Of a DNA stretch of 64,000 nt, positions 53,042-61,572 are shown piece by piece. The DNA lies in NCBI GenBank assembly GCA_963665125.2, contig CAXXUK010000001.1, positions 2,560,001 to 2,624,000 on the forward strand. Direction: 5' to 3'. Below the pieces are notes generated by a model that was not told where the DNA came from, ran no database searches, and saw nothing but the letters and a program-made list of their open reading frames with translations. The DNA is from an uncultured Desulfarculus sp. (GTDB lineage Bacteria; Desulfobacterota; Desulfarculia; Desulfarculales; Desulfarculaceae). The position numbers and the translations under genes are program-made. The number at the start of each line of letters is the position of its first letter. The stretch's first letter is position 1.

Positions 53042-55174
53042 ATGGCCGAGCTAAAAGTGGTGGAAAAGACAAACCACAAGGCACAAGCGGTGGAGACCAC
53101 CGACATGGCGCTTTTCGTGCGCACCAGTGCCGAGGAGATGGACTCCTGGGATAAATCCCGCATCGAGGCGGCCCTGATCAAGGAGACCATGCTCGACGAC
53201 ATTACGGCCAAGGAGATCGCCGCCGAAGTCGAGGCCCAGATCACCAACGCCGGCATCAGCATGGTCACAGCGCCTCTGATCCGCGAGTTGGCCAACGCCA
53301 AGCTCATCGAGCGCGGCCTTGAGACCGAGCGCCTGCGCCACACCCGTTTGGGCGTGCCGCTCTACGACGTGGACTCCATGCTGCGTTTCGCCAACAAGGA
53401 AAACGCCAACGTGCCCCACGGCCCCGAGGCCACCAACCTGACCCTGGCCGAGAGCATCAAAAAGGAATACGCCCTGATCAGCGTGTTCTCGCCCGATGTC
53501 GGCGACGCCCACATGCGCGGAGACATCCATCTGCACGACCTGGGCTTCGTGGACCGGCCCTACTGCTCGGGCCAGAGCCTGGAATACATCAAGAAATTCG
53601 GCCTGAACCTGCCCAACAGCCTGGCCCTGGCCAAACCGGCCAAGCACCCCGAGGTGCTTCTGGCCCATATGGTCAAGTTCGCCGCGGCCCTGCAGTCCAA
53701 CTTTGCCGGGGCCATCGGCTGGGATGCGGTAAACCTGTTCTTCGCGCCCTACCTCGAAGGCCTTGAAGACTCGGCCGTCAAGCAGATGGCCCAGATGCTG
53801 ATCTTCGAGTTCAGCCAGCAGGCCGTGGCCCGGGGCGGCCAGGCCATCTTCACCGACATCAACCTGTACTGGGAGGTGCCCAAGCACTTCGAGAACGTCC
53901 CGGCCATCGGCCCCAACGGCCAATACACCGGCAAGACCTATGCCGAATACGAAAAAGAGGCCCAGCGCTTTGCCTGGAAGCTCTTCGATGTCTACAAAGA
54001 AGGCGACGGCGCGGGCAGGCCGTTCTTCTTCCCCAAACCGCTGGTGCACATCACCGAGAAGTTCTTCAAGACCGACGGTCACATGGACTTCCTGCACCAT
54101 ATCTGCGACGTGGCCAGCGACAAGGGCAACACCTACTTTGTCTTCGACCGCGGCGAAACGGCCAAGATCAGCGAGTGCTGCCGCCTGAGCTTCAAGCTGG
54201 AAAAGAGCGACCTGGACGACGCCAACACCCCGTGGCGCATGCGCTACAGCGCCCTGCAGAACGTGACGATCAACCTGCCTCGTATCGCCTACGAGGCCCA
54301 GGGCGACGACACCAAGCTGTTCAAGATCCTGCGGGAGCGGGTGGCCCTGGCCGCCAAGGCCCACGTGGAAAAACGCGAGTTCATCCAGAACCTCTTAAAC
54401 CAGGGGCCAAACGGCCCGCTGGCCCTGCTGGCCATGGAACTCGACGGCATGCCCTACCTGCGCATGCACCGGGTGACCTACCTGGTGGGCATGGTAGGCC
54501 TCAATGAAATGCTCAAGGAGCACATCGGTCAGGAACTTCACGATTCCGAAGACGCCATGCGCTTCGGCCTGAAGGTCATCGCCCAGATGAACCTGGCCTG
54601 CGACCACTACGCCAAACACCACGGCATGCGTTTCGTCCTGGAGCAGACCCCGGCCGAGTCCACGGCCTACCGCTTCGCCAAGCTGGACCTGAAGCACTAC
54701 TCGGACAAGGCCAAGCACAACGTCAAGGGAGACATCTTCCGCAACGAGGTCTACTACACCAACTCGACCCTGTTCAACGTGGGGTCCAAGACCAACCCCA
54801 TCGAGCGCGTCAAGCTGGAAGGCCGCTTCCATCCGCTGATCGAGGCCGGCGCCATCACCCACGTCTGGCTGGGCGAGGCCCACCCCTCGGCGGAATCGCT
54901 GGCCAACTTCGTGATCAAGATCTTCCGGGACACCAAAAACGACCAGGTGGCCTTCAGCCCCGAGTTCTCCTGCTGCAAGGCCTGCGGCAAGACCACCCGC
55001 GGCATGGTGGATAACTGCTCCTACTGCGGCTCGGAAGACCTGGACCAGATTACCCGCATCACCGGCTACTTTACCCGCGTCTCATCCTGGAACAAGGGCA
55101 AGATCGGCGAACTCAAGGACCGCTACCGCAATGACGGGTTCTTCAGCGCCGGCGCCAAGGCCGACGCGGTCTGA
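53042..55174 (+). CDS. nrdD: Anaerobic (class III) ribonucleoside-triphosphate reductase with ATP cone
   Basis: H..GDIHLHDL, PYC, SECCRL, TPAES, YYTNS, Zn-binding CKAC..CSYC, RITGY glycyl-radical motif. Confidence 0.97.
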   Translation: MAELKVVEKTNHKAQAVETTDMALFVRTSAEEMDSWDKSRIEAALIKETMLDDITAKEIAAEVEAQITNAGISMVTAPLIRELANAKLIERGLETERLRHTRLGVPLYDVDSMLRFANKENANVPHGPEATNLTLAESIKKEYALISVFSPDVGDAHMRGDIHLHDLGFVDRPYCSGQSLEYIKKFGLNLPNSLALAKPAKHPEVLLAHMVKFAAALQSNFAGAIGWDAVNLFFAPYLEGLEDSAVKQMAQMLIFEFSQQAVARGGQAIFTDINLYWEVPKHFENVPAIGPNGQYTGKTYAEYEKEAQRFAWKLFDVYKEGDGAGRPFFFPKPLVHITEKFFKTDGHMDFLHHICDVASDKGNTYFVFDRGETAKISECCRLSFKLEKSDLDDANTPWRMRYSALQNVTINLPRIAYEAQGDDTKLFKILRERVALAAKAHVEKREFIQNLLNQGPNGPLALLAMELDGMPYLRMHRVTYLVGMVGLNEMLKEHIGQELHDSEDAMRFGLKVIAQMNLACDHYAKHHGMRFVLEQTPAESTAYRFAKLDLKHYSDKAKHNVKGDIFRNEVYYTNSTLFNVGSKTNPIERVKLEGRFHPLIEAGAITHVWLGEAHPSAESLANFVIKIFRDTKNDQVAFSPEFSCCKACGKTTRGMVDNCSYCGSEDLDQITRITGYFTRVSSWNKGKIGELKDRYRNDGFFSAGAKADAV

Positions 55175-55189
55175 GATTCATCCGGGAGG

Positions 55190-55443
55190 CGGGGGGAGCT
55201 TTTTTGAAAAAATGCCCCCCCACACCCCCCGCAAAAAACTTTGGCGCTTTTATGTTCCGCCTAAGGCGAAACATAAAAGCTGCGGCAAAAAGGGCACGAG
55301 GTTTCAATGACATTTGAAACCCAAAATTCGAAACGAATTGGTTGCAACCGGCCGAAGGCCGGGAGGCAACCAATTCGTTTCGGGCAAAGTTCTTTTGGAA
55401 GGGGTCCGGGGAAACATTTTCTTTCAAGAAAAGGTTTCCCCGG
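55190..55443. repeat. Composite palindromic repeat cluster (REP/BIME- or MITE-like)
   Basis: Two diverged inverted copies of an aaagtt..gggg..tttt..aaaa..cccc unit (55190-55242, 55386-55443) flanking hairpins at 55246-55280 and 55329-55382. Confidence 0.72.
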
Positions 55444-55473
55444 CGGCGCTAACCCTAAGGGAGAAAAAGGGAT

Positions 55474-55725
55474 ATGACTCTGTTTACCAAGCCTGGTTGC
55501 GAGAAGTGCCATTACATCACCGACAAATTCGACCTGACGGCGCTTGGTGTCAACTTGGACGTGCTTGGGCCGGACAATCCGGATGCATTGGCGCATCTGG
55601 CCTGGCACGAGTTGGTGGACGTGGCCGAGCGCGAGCTGCCGATTCTGGTGCTCGACGATATGAGCCACATCACCGGAGCGATCAATATCAAATCATATCT
55701 AAAGAAACACGTGGGTAATGCCTGA
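55474..55725 (+). CDS. Glutaredoxin/NrdH-like redoxin
   Basis: LFTKPGCEKC CxxC, cis-Pro LPIL motif; lies between nrdD and nrdG. Confidence 0.85.
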   Translation: MTLFTKPGCEKCHYITDKFDLTALGVNLDVLGPDNPDALAHLAWHELVDVAERELPILVLDDMSHITGAINIKSYLKKHVGNA

Positions 55726-56464
55726 GGCGAAACGACACCTTGATGCCGGGGCGCGGGCGGGCCTAGCCGGGCTGCCGGAGATCAAGGGTTTTCTGGAGAC
55801 CAGCTTTTTGGACTGGCGGGGCCGCATTTCGGCGGTCCTGTTCCTGCCGGGCTGCAACTTCAGTTGTCCGTTTTGCCACAATTACGCCCTTGTGACGGAC
55901 CCGGACTCGTATGAGACGCAACCGGCCGAGTATGTACTGGGCCGGTTGCGCGGGTTCGTGGGCTGGATCGACGGCGTGGTGATCAGCGGCGGCGAGCCGA
56001 CACTGCATCCGGGGCTGCCGCAACTCATCAAGGCGATCAGGGCCGAGGGCTTCGGCATAAAGCTAGACACCAACGGCTACCGGCCCGAGGTGGTGCGTTC
56101 TCTGGTGGAGTCCGGGTCGGTGGACATGGTGGCCATGGACGTCAAGGCTCCGCTGGAAGCGTTGGCCTATCGCCGGGCCACGGGCAAAGCCGTTGATGTG
56201 GCGCGGGTGCGCCAGACGGTGGAATACCTCAAATCCTGCGGCATTGATCACGAGTTCCGCTCGACGATTATTCCAGCATGGCACGGACAGACCGAGCTTG
56301 AGCAAATGGGACAGTCCGTGCGCGGATGCCAGACCTGGACTCTTCAGGCCATGAATCCGCAAACGGCTTGGAACCGCGAGGCATTGGGCCGAGGCGAAGT
56401 GTACACGGCAGAAGACATTTCGCGTCTTCAGTCCGAATTGGCCGCGTCTTATACTCGCGGCTAG
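55718..56464 (+). CDS. nrdG: Anaerobic RNR activating radical SAM enzyme
   Basis: S.LDW.G..S..F..GCNFSCPFCHN, SGGEPT, KLDTNG, MDVKA. Confidence 0.93.
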   Translation: MPEAKRHLDAGARAGLAGLPEIKGFLETSFLDWRGRISAVLFLPGCNFSCPFCHNYALVTDPDSYETQPAEYVLGRLRGFVGWIDGVVISGGEPTLHPGLPQLIKAIRAEGFGIKLDTNGYRPEVVRSLVESGSVDMVAMDVKAPLEALAYRRATGKAVDVARVRQTVEYLKSCGIDHEFRSTIIPAWHGQTELEQMGQSVRGCQTWTLQAMNPQTAWNREALGRGEVYTAEDISRLQSELAASYTRG

Positions 56465-56476
56465 GAGCGCCGGGGT

Positions 56477-57373
56477 TTGGTTGGACTACGCATAATCCTG
56501 TTTGACGGTGGCGATGGGCTGTGCCTTTTCGTGCGTTTGCCCGAGGGCCGCCGTCTGCTCGTTGACTGCGGAAGGAACGCCAGCGGCCAACCTGTGCAAT
56601 TATTGCGGGAAATGGGCCAAATGGACCGCCTGCACCCCCTTGATGAATACCTGCGTCCTTTCAACGAAACTCCCGAAGTCTGGCGTTGGCTGGGCTTTTT
56701 GTCTTTGCTGCGCGGGCTGGTTTTACGGCCCGGCGGTTCGTGGATTTTCTGGCGGCATGAGGAGTCGGCCGAGCCCGGCTTTTGTTTGCGGGCGCATGTA
56801 GCGGCCCTCAGGAGCATGCCTTGCCCGCCCGAGGGCGTGTTTCCCCAGCCTCCTATTCTGGTGATGGGCCTGACGCCGGAGGAGGTGCTGGACCTGGGCG
56901 GCACGCCGGGGGCGTGGGTGCGTAACTGTTCCCTGGCCGTGCGGCTGCGCACGGGCGGCGCGGACGGCCACCTGTTGGTGGGCGGCGACCTGCGCACCGC
57001 CGCCTGGCAGCGCATCCTGGCCGACCAGGGCCTGAAAAAAAATGTCCGCGGCGTGCGTCTTTATGCCACGGGCCCGCCGCCGGGCGGATTCGATCTGAAC
57101 CGGGGCCTGCTGATGGCCGCCCTGCCCTGGCTGCTTCTGGGCTTGATGAACCCGGCCCGCCGCTGGGGGCTCGGCGACAGCCCCGGCGGCATGGATATGA
57201 GCACGCCCGCTGTGGGCATGCTGCAAATAGACGTGGACAACGACGGCAGCATGGTTGTTCGCGGAATGCCCAAAGCCGCCAATACCCTGCGCTGGCAGGG
57301 CACGGCCAGGCTGCCCCAGGATTCGACTTTGCCCGCGCCATGGCCGGTGCGCAGGGCCTTGGCGGGCAACTGA
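56477..57373 (+). CDS. ComEC/Rec2-like metallo-beta-lactamase-fold protein lacking the HxHxDH motif
   Basis: FDGGDG.C.F...PEG..LLVDCG N-terminus and NCS..V....LLVGGD; AGGAG RBS overlaps nrdG stop; TTG start. Confidence 0.6.
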   Translation: MVGLRIILFDGGDGLCLFVRLPEGRRLLVDCGRNASGQPVQLLREMGQMDRLHPLDEYLRPFNETPEVWRWLGFLSLLRGLVLRPGGSWIFWRHEESAEPGFCLRAHVAALRSMPCPPEGVFPQPPILVMGLTPEEVLDLGGTPGAWVRNCSLAVRLRTGGADGHLLVGGDLRTAAWQRILADQGLKKNVRGVRLYATGPPPGGFDLNRGLLMAALPWLLLGLMNPARRWGLGDSPGGMDMSTPAVGMLQIDVDNDGSMVVRGMPKAANTLRWQGTARLPQDSTLPAPWPVRRALAGN

Positions 57374-57394
57374 CAAGCTATTCAAGGAGGAGTC

Positions 57395-57664
57395 ATGAAC
57401 CTCTGCGAAGAACTGCTCAAGGAAGTTTGGCTCAAGGGCCGTACGCGCTCCGATGGCGGCATATGGCGCAAGGACGAGTGCGGAGCCTGGATGTTGTGGC
57501 GCCATTACGGCGACATGGACTCGGAATACGGCTGGGTCATCCAGGACGACTCGCCGGGCAAGTTGTCCGGCAGCATCGCCTTTATGAGGCCTGTTCACTG
57601 GGCCAACGCCGGTTGCCGTCAATGCAAAGTAACCAGCGACAGTGTTTTTAATATTTATGAATGA
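57395..57664 (+). CDS. Mini-HNH-like protein, catalytically degenerate paralog of the next gene
   Basis: VW.KG...WRKD.CGAW....YG...S.YGW.I but no DH or GG..N motif; AGGAGGAG RBS. Confidence 0.72.
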   Translation: MNLCEELLKEVWLKGRTRSDGGIWRKDECGAWMLWRHYGDMDSEYGWVIQDDSPGKLSGSIAFMRPVHWANAGCRQCKVTSDSVFNIYE

Positions 57665-57685
57665 GAGTTTTTTAGCGGGGGAGCT

Positions 57686-57991
57686 ATGAAAGTTTCGCCA
57701 GAAATCATTCAGAAGGTCTGGGAGACGGCCGAAACCGCCCCCCAGATGAATCCAGACTGCGTACGCCGGGACTGTTTCGGCGCCTGGATCTACCGCCAGG
57801 CCTTCGGCGACCGGGGCTCGGCCTATGGCTGGGAAATCGACCACATCATTCCCCTGGCCTCCGGCGGCTGCAACGAGTTGGACAACATGCGGCCCATGCA
57901 GTGGCAAAACAGCCACGTCCGCCGGGAAGGGCAACTGCGTTGCATGGTCACGGCCCTGGGCGGGGCCAACGCCTTCGCGGGGCGCAGTTAG
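57686..57991 (+). CDS. Small HNH endonuclease-family protein
   Basis: VWE...RRD.FGAWI....FG...S.YGWEIDHIIPLASGG.N.LDNMRPMQWQN. Confidence 0.85.
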   Translation: MKVSPEIIQKVWETAETAPQMNPDCVRRDCFGAWIYRQAFGDRGSAYGWEIDHIIPLASGGCNELDNMRPMQWQNSHVRREGQLRCMVTALGGANAFAGRS

Positions 57992-58083
57992 GTGCTAATA
58001 CTTGCACCTTGGCCCGTCCTGGCCAGCCTATCCATGATGCACCGAGTTACTGTTACAAACCGTTCGGTCGGGGCCGCTGGCGT

Positions 58084-58755
58084 TTATCCTTGCACTGGGT
58101 ATTGCCCACGACTTGGGAGCCCAAGCATTGGGCGCGCAAGCATTGCGCCTGAATGGGGCAGGACTTTATCGGCTCCGGCCCGGATCAAATCATCCGGGCT
58201 GGTCCGGCCGCTGGCCACGCCCACGCAGCCACAACCAGCGGCCTTGCCCGCCTGCATGTCCGTGGGGTGATCGCCCACCATCCAGGCATCGCCAGGAGCG
58301 ACTTTAAGGGCCTCCAAGGCCTGGACCACGTGGTCCGGATGGGGCTTGGGCCGGGGGGCCAGTTCCCTGGGCACGAACACCTCGCATTTTTCGTCGATGT
58401 CCGGAAAGACCCGCCTTATGGCCACGTCGCAGTTGCGGCTGATCACGGCCCTGCCTATGCCCATGGCCCCCAGATGGTCCAACAGCGGACGGGTGAAGCT
58501 GAACAATTCGGCGCGGTCGGCAGCCTCGACCTCTATGTCCCGGATTATGCGCCGGGCCTGTTGATCAAAGCCGTTGCCCAGAACAAGCTGAACCTGGGCC
58601 ATCGCCTCCAGCAGATAGCCTTCGGGCCAGGGGGCGTCATACCCCATTTGTCTGGCAAGGGCCTCCACATGTTGGGCCATCATGGCGAAATCGATATTCA
58701 GTTCGGCCAGGGTGCCGTCAAAATCAAAAATAACGGCCTTGGGCTTTTCGGTCAT
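58084..58755 (-). CDS. HAD-superfamily hydrolase (phosphoglycolate phosphatase-like)
   Basis: IFDFDGTL, SRN, KPHP, MVGDHPTD. Confidence 0.92.
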   Translation of the reverse strand: MTEKPKAVIFDFDGTLAELNIDFAMMAQHVEALARQMGYDAPWPEGYLLEAMAQVQLVLGNGFDQQARRIIRDIEVEAADRAELFSFTRPLLDHLGAMGIGRAVISRNCDVAIRRVFPDIDEKCEVFVPRELAPRPKPHPDHVVQALEALKVAPGDAWMVGDHPTDMQAGKAAGCGCVGVASGRTSPDDLIRAGADKVLPHSGAMLARPMLGLPSRGQYPVQG

Positions 58756-59837
58756 GCGCCCCGCCCGAAGCCGCAGACCGGGAAGCGGCAGCCGCCTACG
58801 CAGTTTTGACAAAACCCGCCGTGGCCCAAGGCGGCGATATCGCTGCGTTCGAGCCTTTGACCGGCCAACACCCTGGGCAGGACCACATCGAGTATTGTCG
58901 TGGGATGGAACAAGGCGCAGGCCGGTACGCCCAGCACCGGCACCGGTCCGGCCGGTCCGTCCAGACGGCCGATGAGGAACATTGCTCCGGGCAGCACCGG
59001 CGAGCCGTAGAGCAGGTCATGGCCACCGGCGTCGGCTATGGCGTGGCGGGTTACGTCATCGGGGTCGACGCTCATGCCCGCGGTGGTGATGATCAGCTCG
59101 GCCCCGTCGGCCAGCAGGGAACGGATGGCTCCGGCCACGGCGGCGCGGTCGTCCGGGGCGATCTTCACGCCCAGGACAGAGGCGCCCAGGGCCTCGAGCT
59201 TTTTACGCATCACCGGGCCGAAACCGTCGCTGATCAGTCCCTGGGCCACTTCGTTGCCCGTGACCACCACGCCGGTGCGGGCCGCCCGCAGGGGCAGAAC
59301 CCGCAGCAAACCGCCGTCCTGGGCCGCAATCTTCACGGCGGCCTCCACATTGGCCTTCAGGGGCGTAAGGGGTATGGGCCGCGTTCCGGCCACGCTGCGG
59401 CCTTTTTTAACCACCGAATGACGGTGGATGGTGGCGCACATCACCTCGGGGACCATGTTGAACCGGGTGAGTCGCTCCACATCAAGCTCCAACAGGCCGT
59501 CATAAATGGCCCTGAGCTCGATTTTGCCCTCCCTGGGCGGTCCGGCCGGTTCCAGCCCCGGTCCGGCCAGGGCCTGGGCCAGCAGGCGGGCGGCCTCGTT
59601 TTCGTGCATCTGGTCGTCGGCGATGTCCAGCACATACAGATGCCGCTTGCCCAGGCGGGCCAGGTATTCCAGGTCGCTTTCGGAAACCACGTGGCCCTTG
59701 CGGAATGCCGGGCCCTTGGTTTGCCCGGGGACTATCTCGGTGATGTCATGGGCCAGCATCAGGCCCACGGCCCGCTCCAGGGGCACGATGTCTCCCCTGG
59801 TGGTGTTTTGGCATTGCTCACCGCAATCATTTTTCAT
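58752..59837 (-). CDS. Molybdopterin-binding (MoeA-like) protein
   Basis: HDITEI.PG..KG.AF.KGH, TGNEV..G...D.FG, GMSVDPDD.T, YGSPVLPG.M, G.PAC, C-terminal Cys cluster. Confidence 0.88.
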   Translation of the reverse strand: MKNDCGEQCQNTTRGDIVPLERAVGLMLAHDITEIVPGQTKGPAFRKGHVVSESDLEYLARLGKRHLYVLDIADDQMHENEAARLLAQALAGPGLEPAGPPREGKIELRAIYDGLLELDVERLTRFNMVPEVMCATIHRHSVVKKGRSVAGTRPIPLTPLKANVEAAVKIAAQDGGLLRVLPLRAARTGVVVTGNEVAQGLISDGFGPVMRKKLEALGASVLGVKIAPDDRAAVAGAIRSLLADGAELIITTAGMSVDPDDVTRHAIADAGGHDLLYGSPVLPGAMFLIGRLDGPAGPVPVLGVPACALFHPTTILDVVLPRVLAGQRLERSDIAALGHGGFCQNCVGGCRFPVCGFGRGA

Positions 59838-60475
59838 CAGGCGTCCCCGTTATAGCTGAAATAGGCCTCGCCGGCGCAGACCGGGCAGAGGTTGCGACCA
59901 TCCCGGCTGCGGATCTGCCCCGAACGCACCGGCAGGCCGCACTCGTCGCAGGTCACCTTGTCGATGCGCGCACCGGGCAACTCGTAGCCGCTGAGGTCAA
60001 CGCTCACCCAGGCGGCGTCGAAAAGCTCATTATCGGGCATGATGCGGTAGGCCGCCTCCTGGACGGCATGGGCGCTGCCGAGGCCTTCGGGCGCGTAGCC
60101 CGCGGCCAAGTCCCGGGAGTCTTCCCGGCTGAGCACGCGCACGGCCTTGCCGCTTTGCATATCCAAAAAAGTGGCGGCCAGCAGACCGGTGTTGATCAGC
60201 TTCAGGGAGCCGCGGCCGAAGCGCAGGCCCGTGGCCGAGGACACCGCATCGGTCAGGCAGCGCTCTATCTCCACGATGCCCACGATGTTTTTTATCTCGG
60301 GCATGCCCAGGGGGCAAGCGTATCCAAGCAGACGCAGGCCCAGGATGGACATGCGCACGCCCACGACCTGGCCGGGGCAAAGGTGGCCGTGGGTGCGGGC
60401 GGAGGCCTCCACCAGGGTGTCGACTTGTTGGCGCGGCGGAACGAGAGGTTCGGGAAGGGATAGGAGTTTTTGCAT
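59837..60475 (-). CDS. FmdE-family protein with C-terminal zinc finger
   Basis: HGHLCPG...G.R, E..RC..DA....TG...G; CDECG...CPVC. Confidence 0.88.
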   Translation of the reverse strand: MQKLLSLPEPLVPPRQQVDTLVEASARTHGHLCPGQVVGVRMSILGLRLLGYACPLGMPEIKNIVGIVEIERCLTDAVSSATGLRFGRGSLKLINTGLLAATFLDMQSGKAVRVLSREDSRDLAAGYAPEGLGSAHAVQEAAYRIMPDNELFDAAWVSVDLSGYELPGARIDKVTCDECGLPVRSGQIRSRDGRNLCPVCAGEAYFSYNGDA

Positions 60476-60484
60476 TTGCCTTGC

Positions 60485-61225
60485 TTATTTCACGCGTCTG
60501 ATGTTTGAAATGCGGCCCGTGCCGGGCACCGGTTCGGGTTTGATTTTGTGGGGGCCGGTTTGAATTACCAGGGGCCGGGTCCGGAAGCGCGGCGTGACCG
60601 CGGCGCACAAACCGATCAGCGAACCCCAGGGCCAGCGGCCGATGCTCTGCATGGGCCAGGCCTGGGCCGCCGCCCATGTCATGGGCACGGGGCCCAGAAC
60701 ATCGTGCACCAAATGGCGCAGGCCCAACAACGAAATGGGACGGCCCCGGTGAAGCGGATGATCATGGCCCGTCCAGCGGCGCATACGGGCAACGGGATCG
60801 AAAGGATTGGCGGTGATCACGCAGAGGCGGCTTGCCGCCACCCTTGATGCCTCGGCCAGAACCTGGGCCCGGCGCCCGGTCAGTTCCAAGGTGTTGATCA
60901 GCACCACGGCGTCGAACTGGTTGTCTTCGAAGGGCATGTCATGGGCGTCGCCCAGGGTGATCTGGGCCTTGTGGCCCAGGCGGCGGCCGGCCAGTTTGGT
61001 CACCACCGGCCCGGCGTCGATGCCGTGGGCCAGCATGCCCCGCTCTATCATGTGCTCCAGGTGCACGCCCAAACCGCAGCCCACATCGAGAACCCGCCAG
61101 CCGGGCTGGCAATCCAGAATATGGCTCAGCAAATTTATGCTGGCGCTCAGGTAGGCCTTTCCTGCCGGAGACTCGAGCCAGGCCTCGTAGGCCGCCGTTT
61201 CGCTTGTTTCAAAAACCTTGTCCAT
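60485..61225 (-). CDS. Class I SAM-dependent methyltransferase
   Basis: Y..W..S..G, VLDVGCGLG, GDA..MPF.D..FD, L.EA.RV; start placed at ATG 61225. Confidence 0.85.
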   Translation of the reverse strand: MDKVFETSETAAYEAWLESPAGKAYLSASINLLSHILDCQPGWRVLDVGCGLGVHLEHMIERGMLAHGIDAGPVVTKLAGRRLGHKAQITLGDAHDMPFEDNQFDAVVLINTLELTGRRAQVLAEASRVAASRLCVITANPFDPVARMRRWTGHDHPLHRGRPISLLGLRHLVHDVLGPVPMTWAAAQAWPMQSIGRWPWGSLIGLCAAVTPRFRTRPLVIQTGPHKIKPEPVPGTGRISNIRRVK

Positions 61226-61326
61226 GGAGTAAAGAGTATTACCAACAGGCTTCCGTGGCAAGGGCGGCTTTGCTCTGGCCAACAAGAGCGGGTTTGTGGT
61301 ATTTTTCGCAATGGAGTGATTGCCTA

Positions 61327-61572
61327 ATGCCAAGCCAGACAAAACGACATTGCCGGGGCCCTTCATTCATGGGGCGAATTCTGGATTTTGCGGAAGTATT
61401 GTGCCACCGCCACCTGGAGTGCGGCCTGTACTGCGCCTGTTTGGATCTGGCCACCAGCCGCAATTGGGTTTCCTTTTCCTGCCGGGAATGCGACCTGTTC
61501 CCCGGCGGCGTTCCGGCCGCCCGGCGCGGTCCGGCAACGGTCTTGCCCCTGCCGCTGATCGCCGAACGCTAG
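61327..61572 (+). CDS. Small Cys-rich putative metal-binding protein
   Basis: HR...C..Y..CLD.A....W.SFSC..C pattern; GGAG 10 nt before ATG 61327 (alternative start 61369); stop overlaps the convergent gene's stop (CTAG). Confidence 0.6.
   Translation: MPSQTKRHCRGPSFMGRILDFAEVLCHRHLECGLYCACLDLATSRNWVSFSCRECDLFPGGVPAARRGPATVLPLPLIAER

Noticed and set aside
55143..55718. ORFs 55143..55427, 55261..55668 and 55314..55718
   Set aside because: They run through the palindromic repeat cluster or overlap the redoxin gene and are not protein-like
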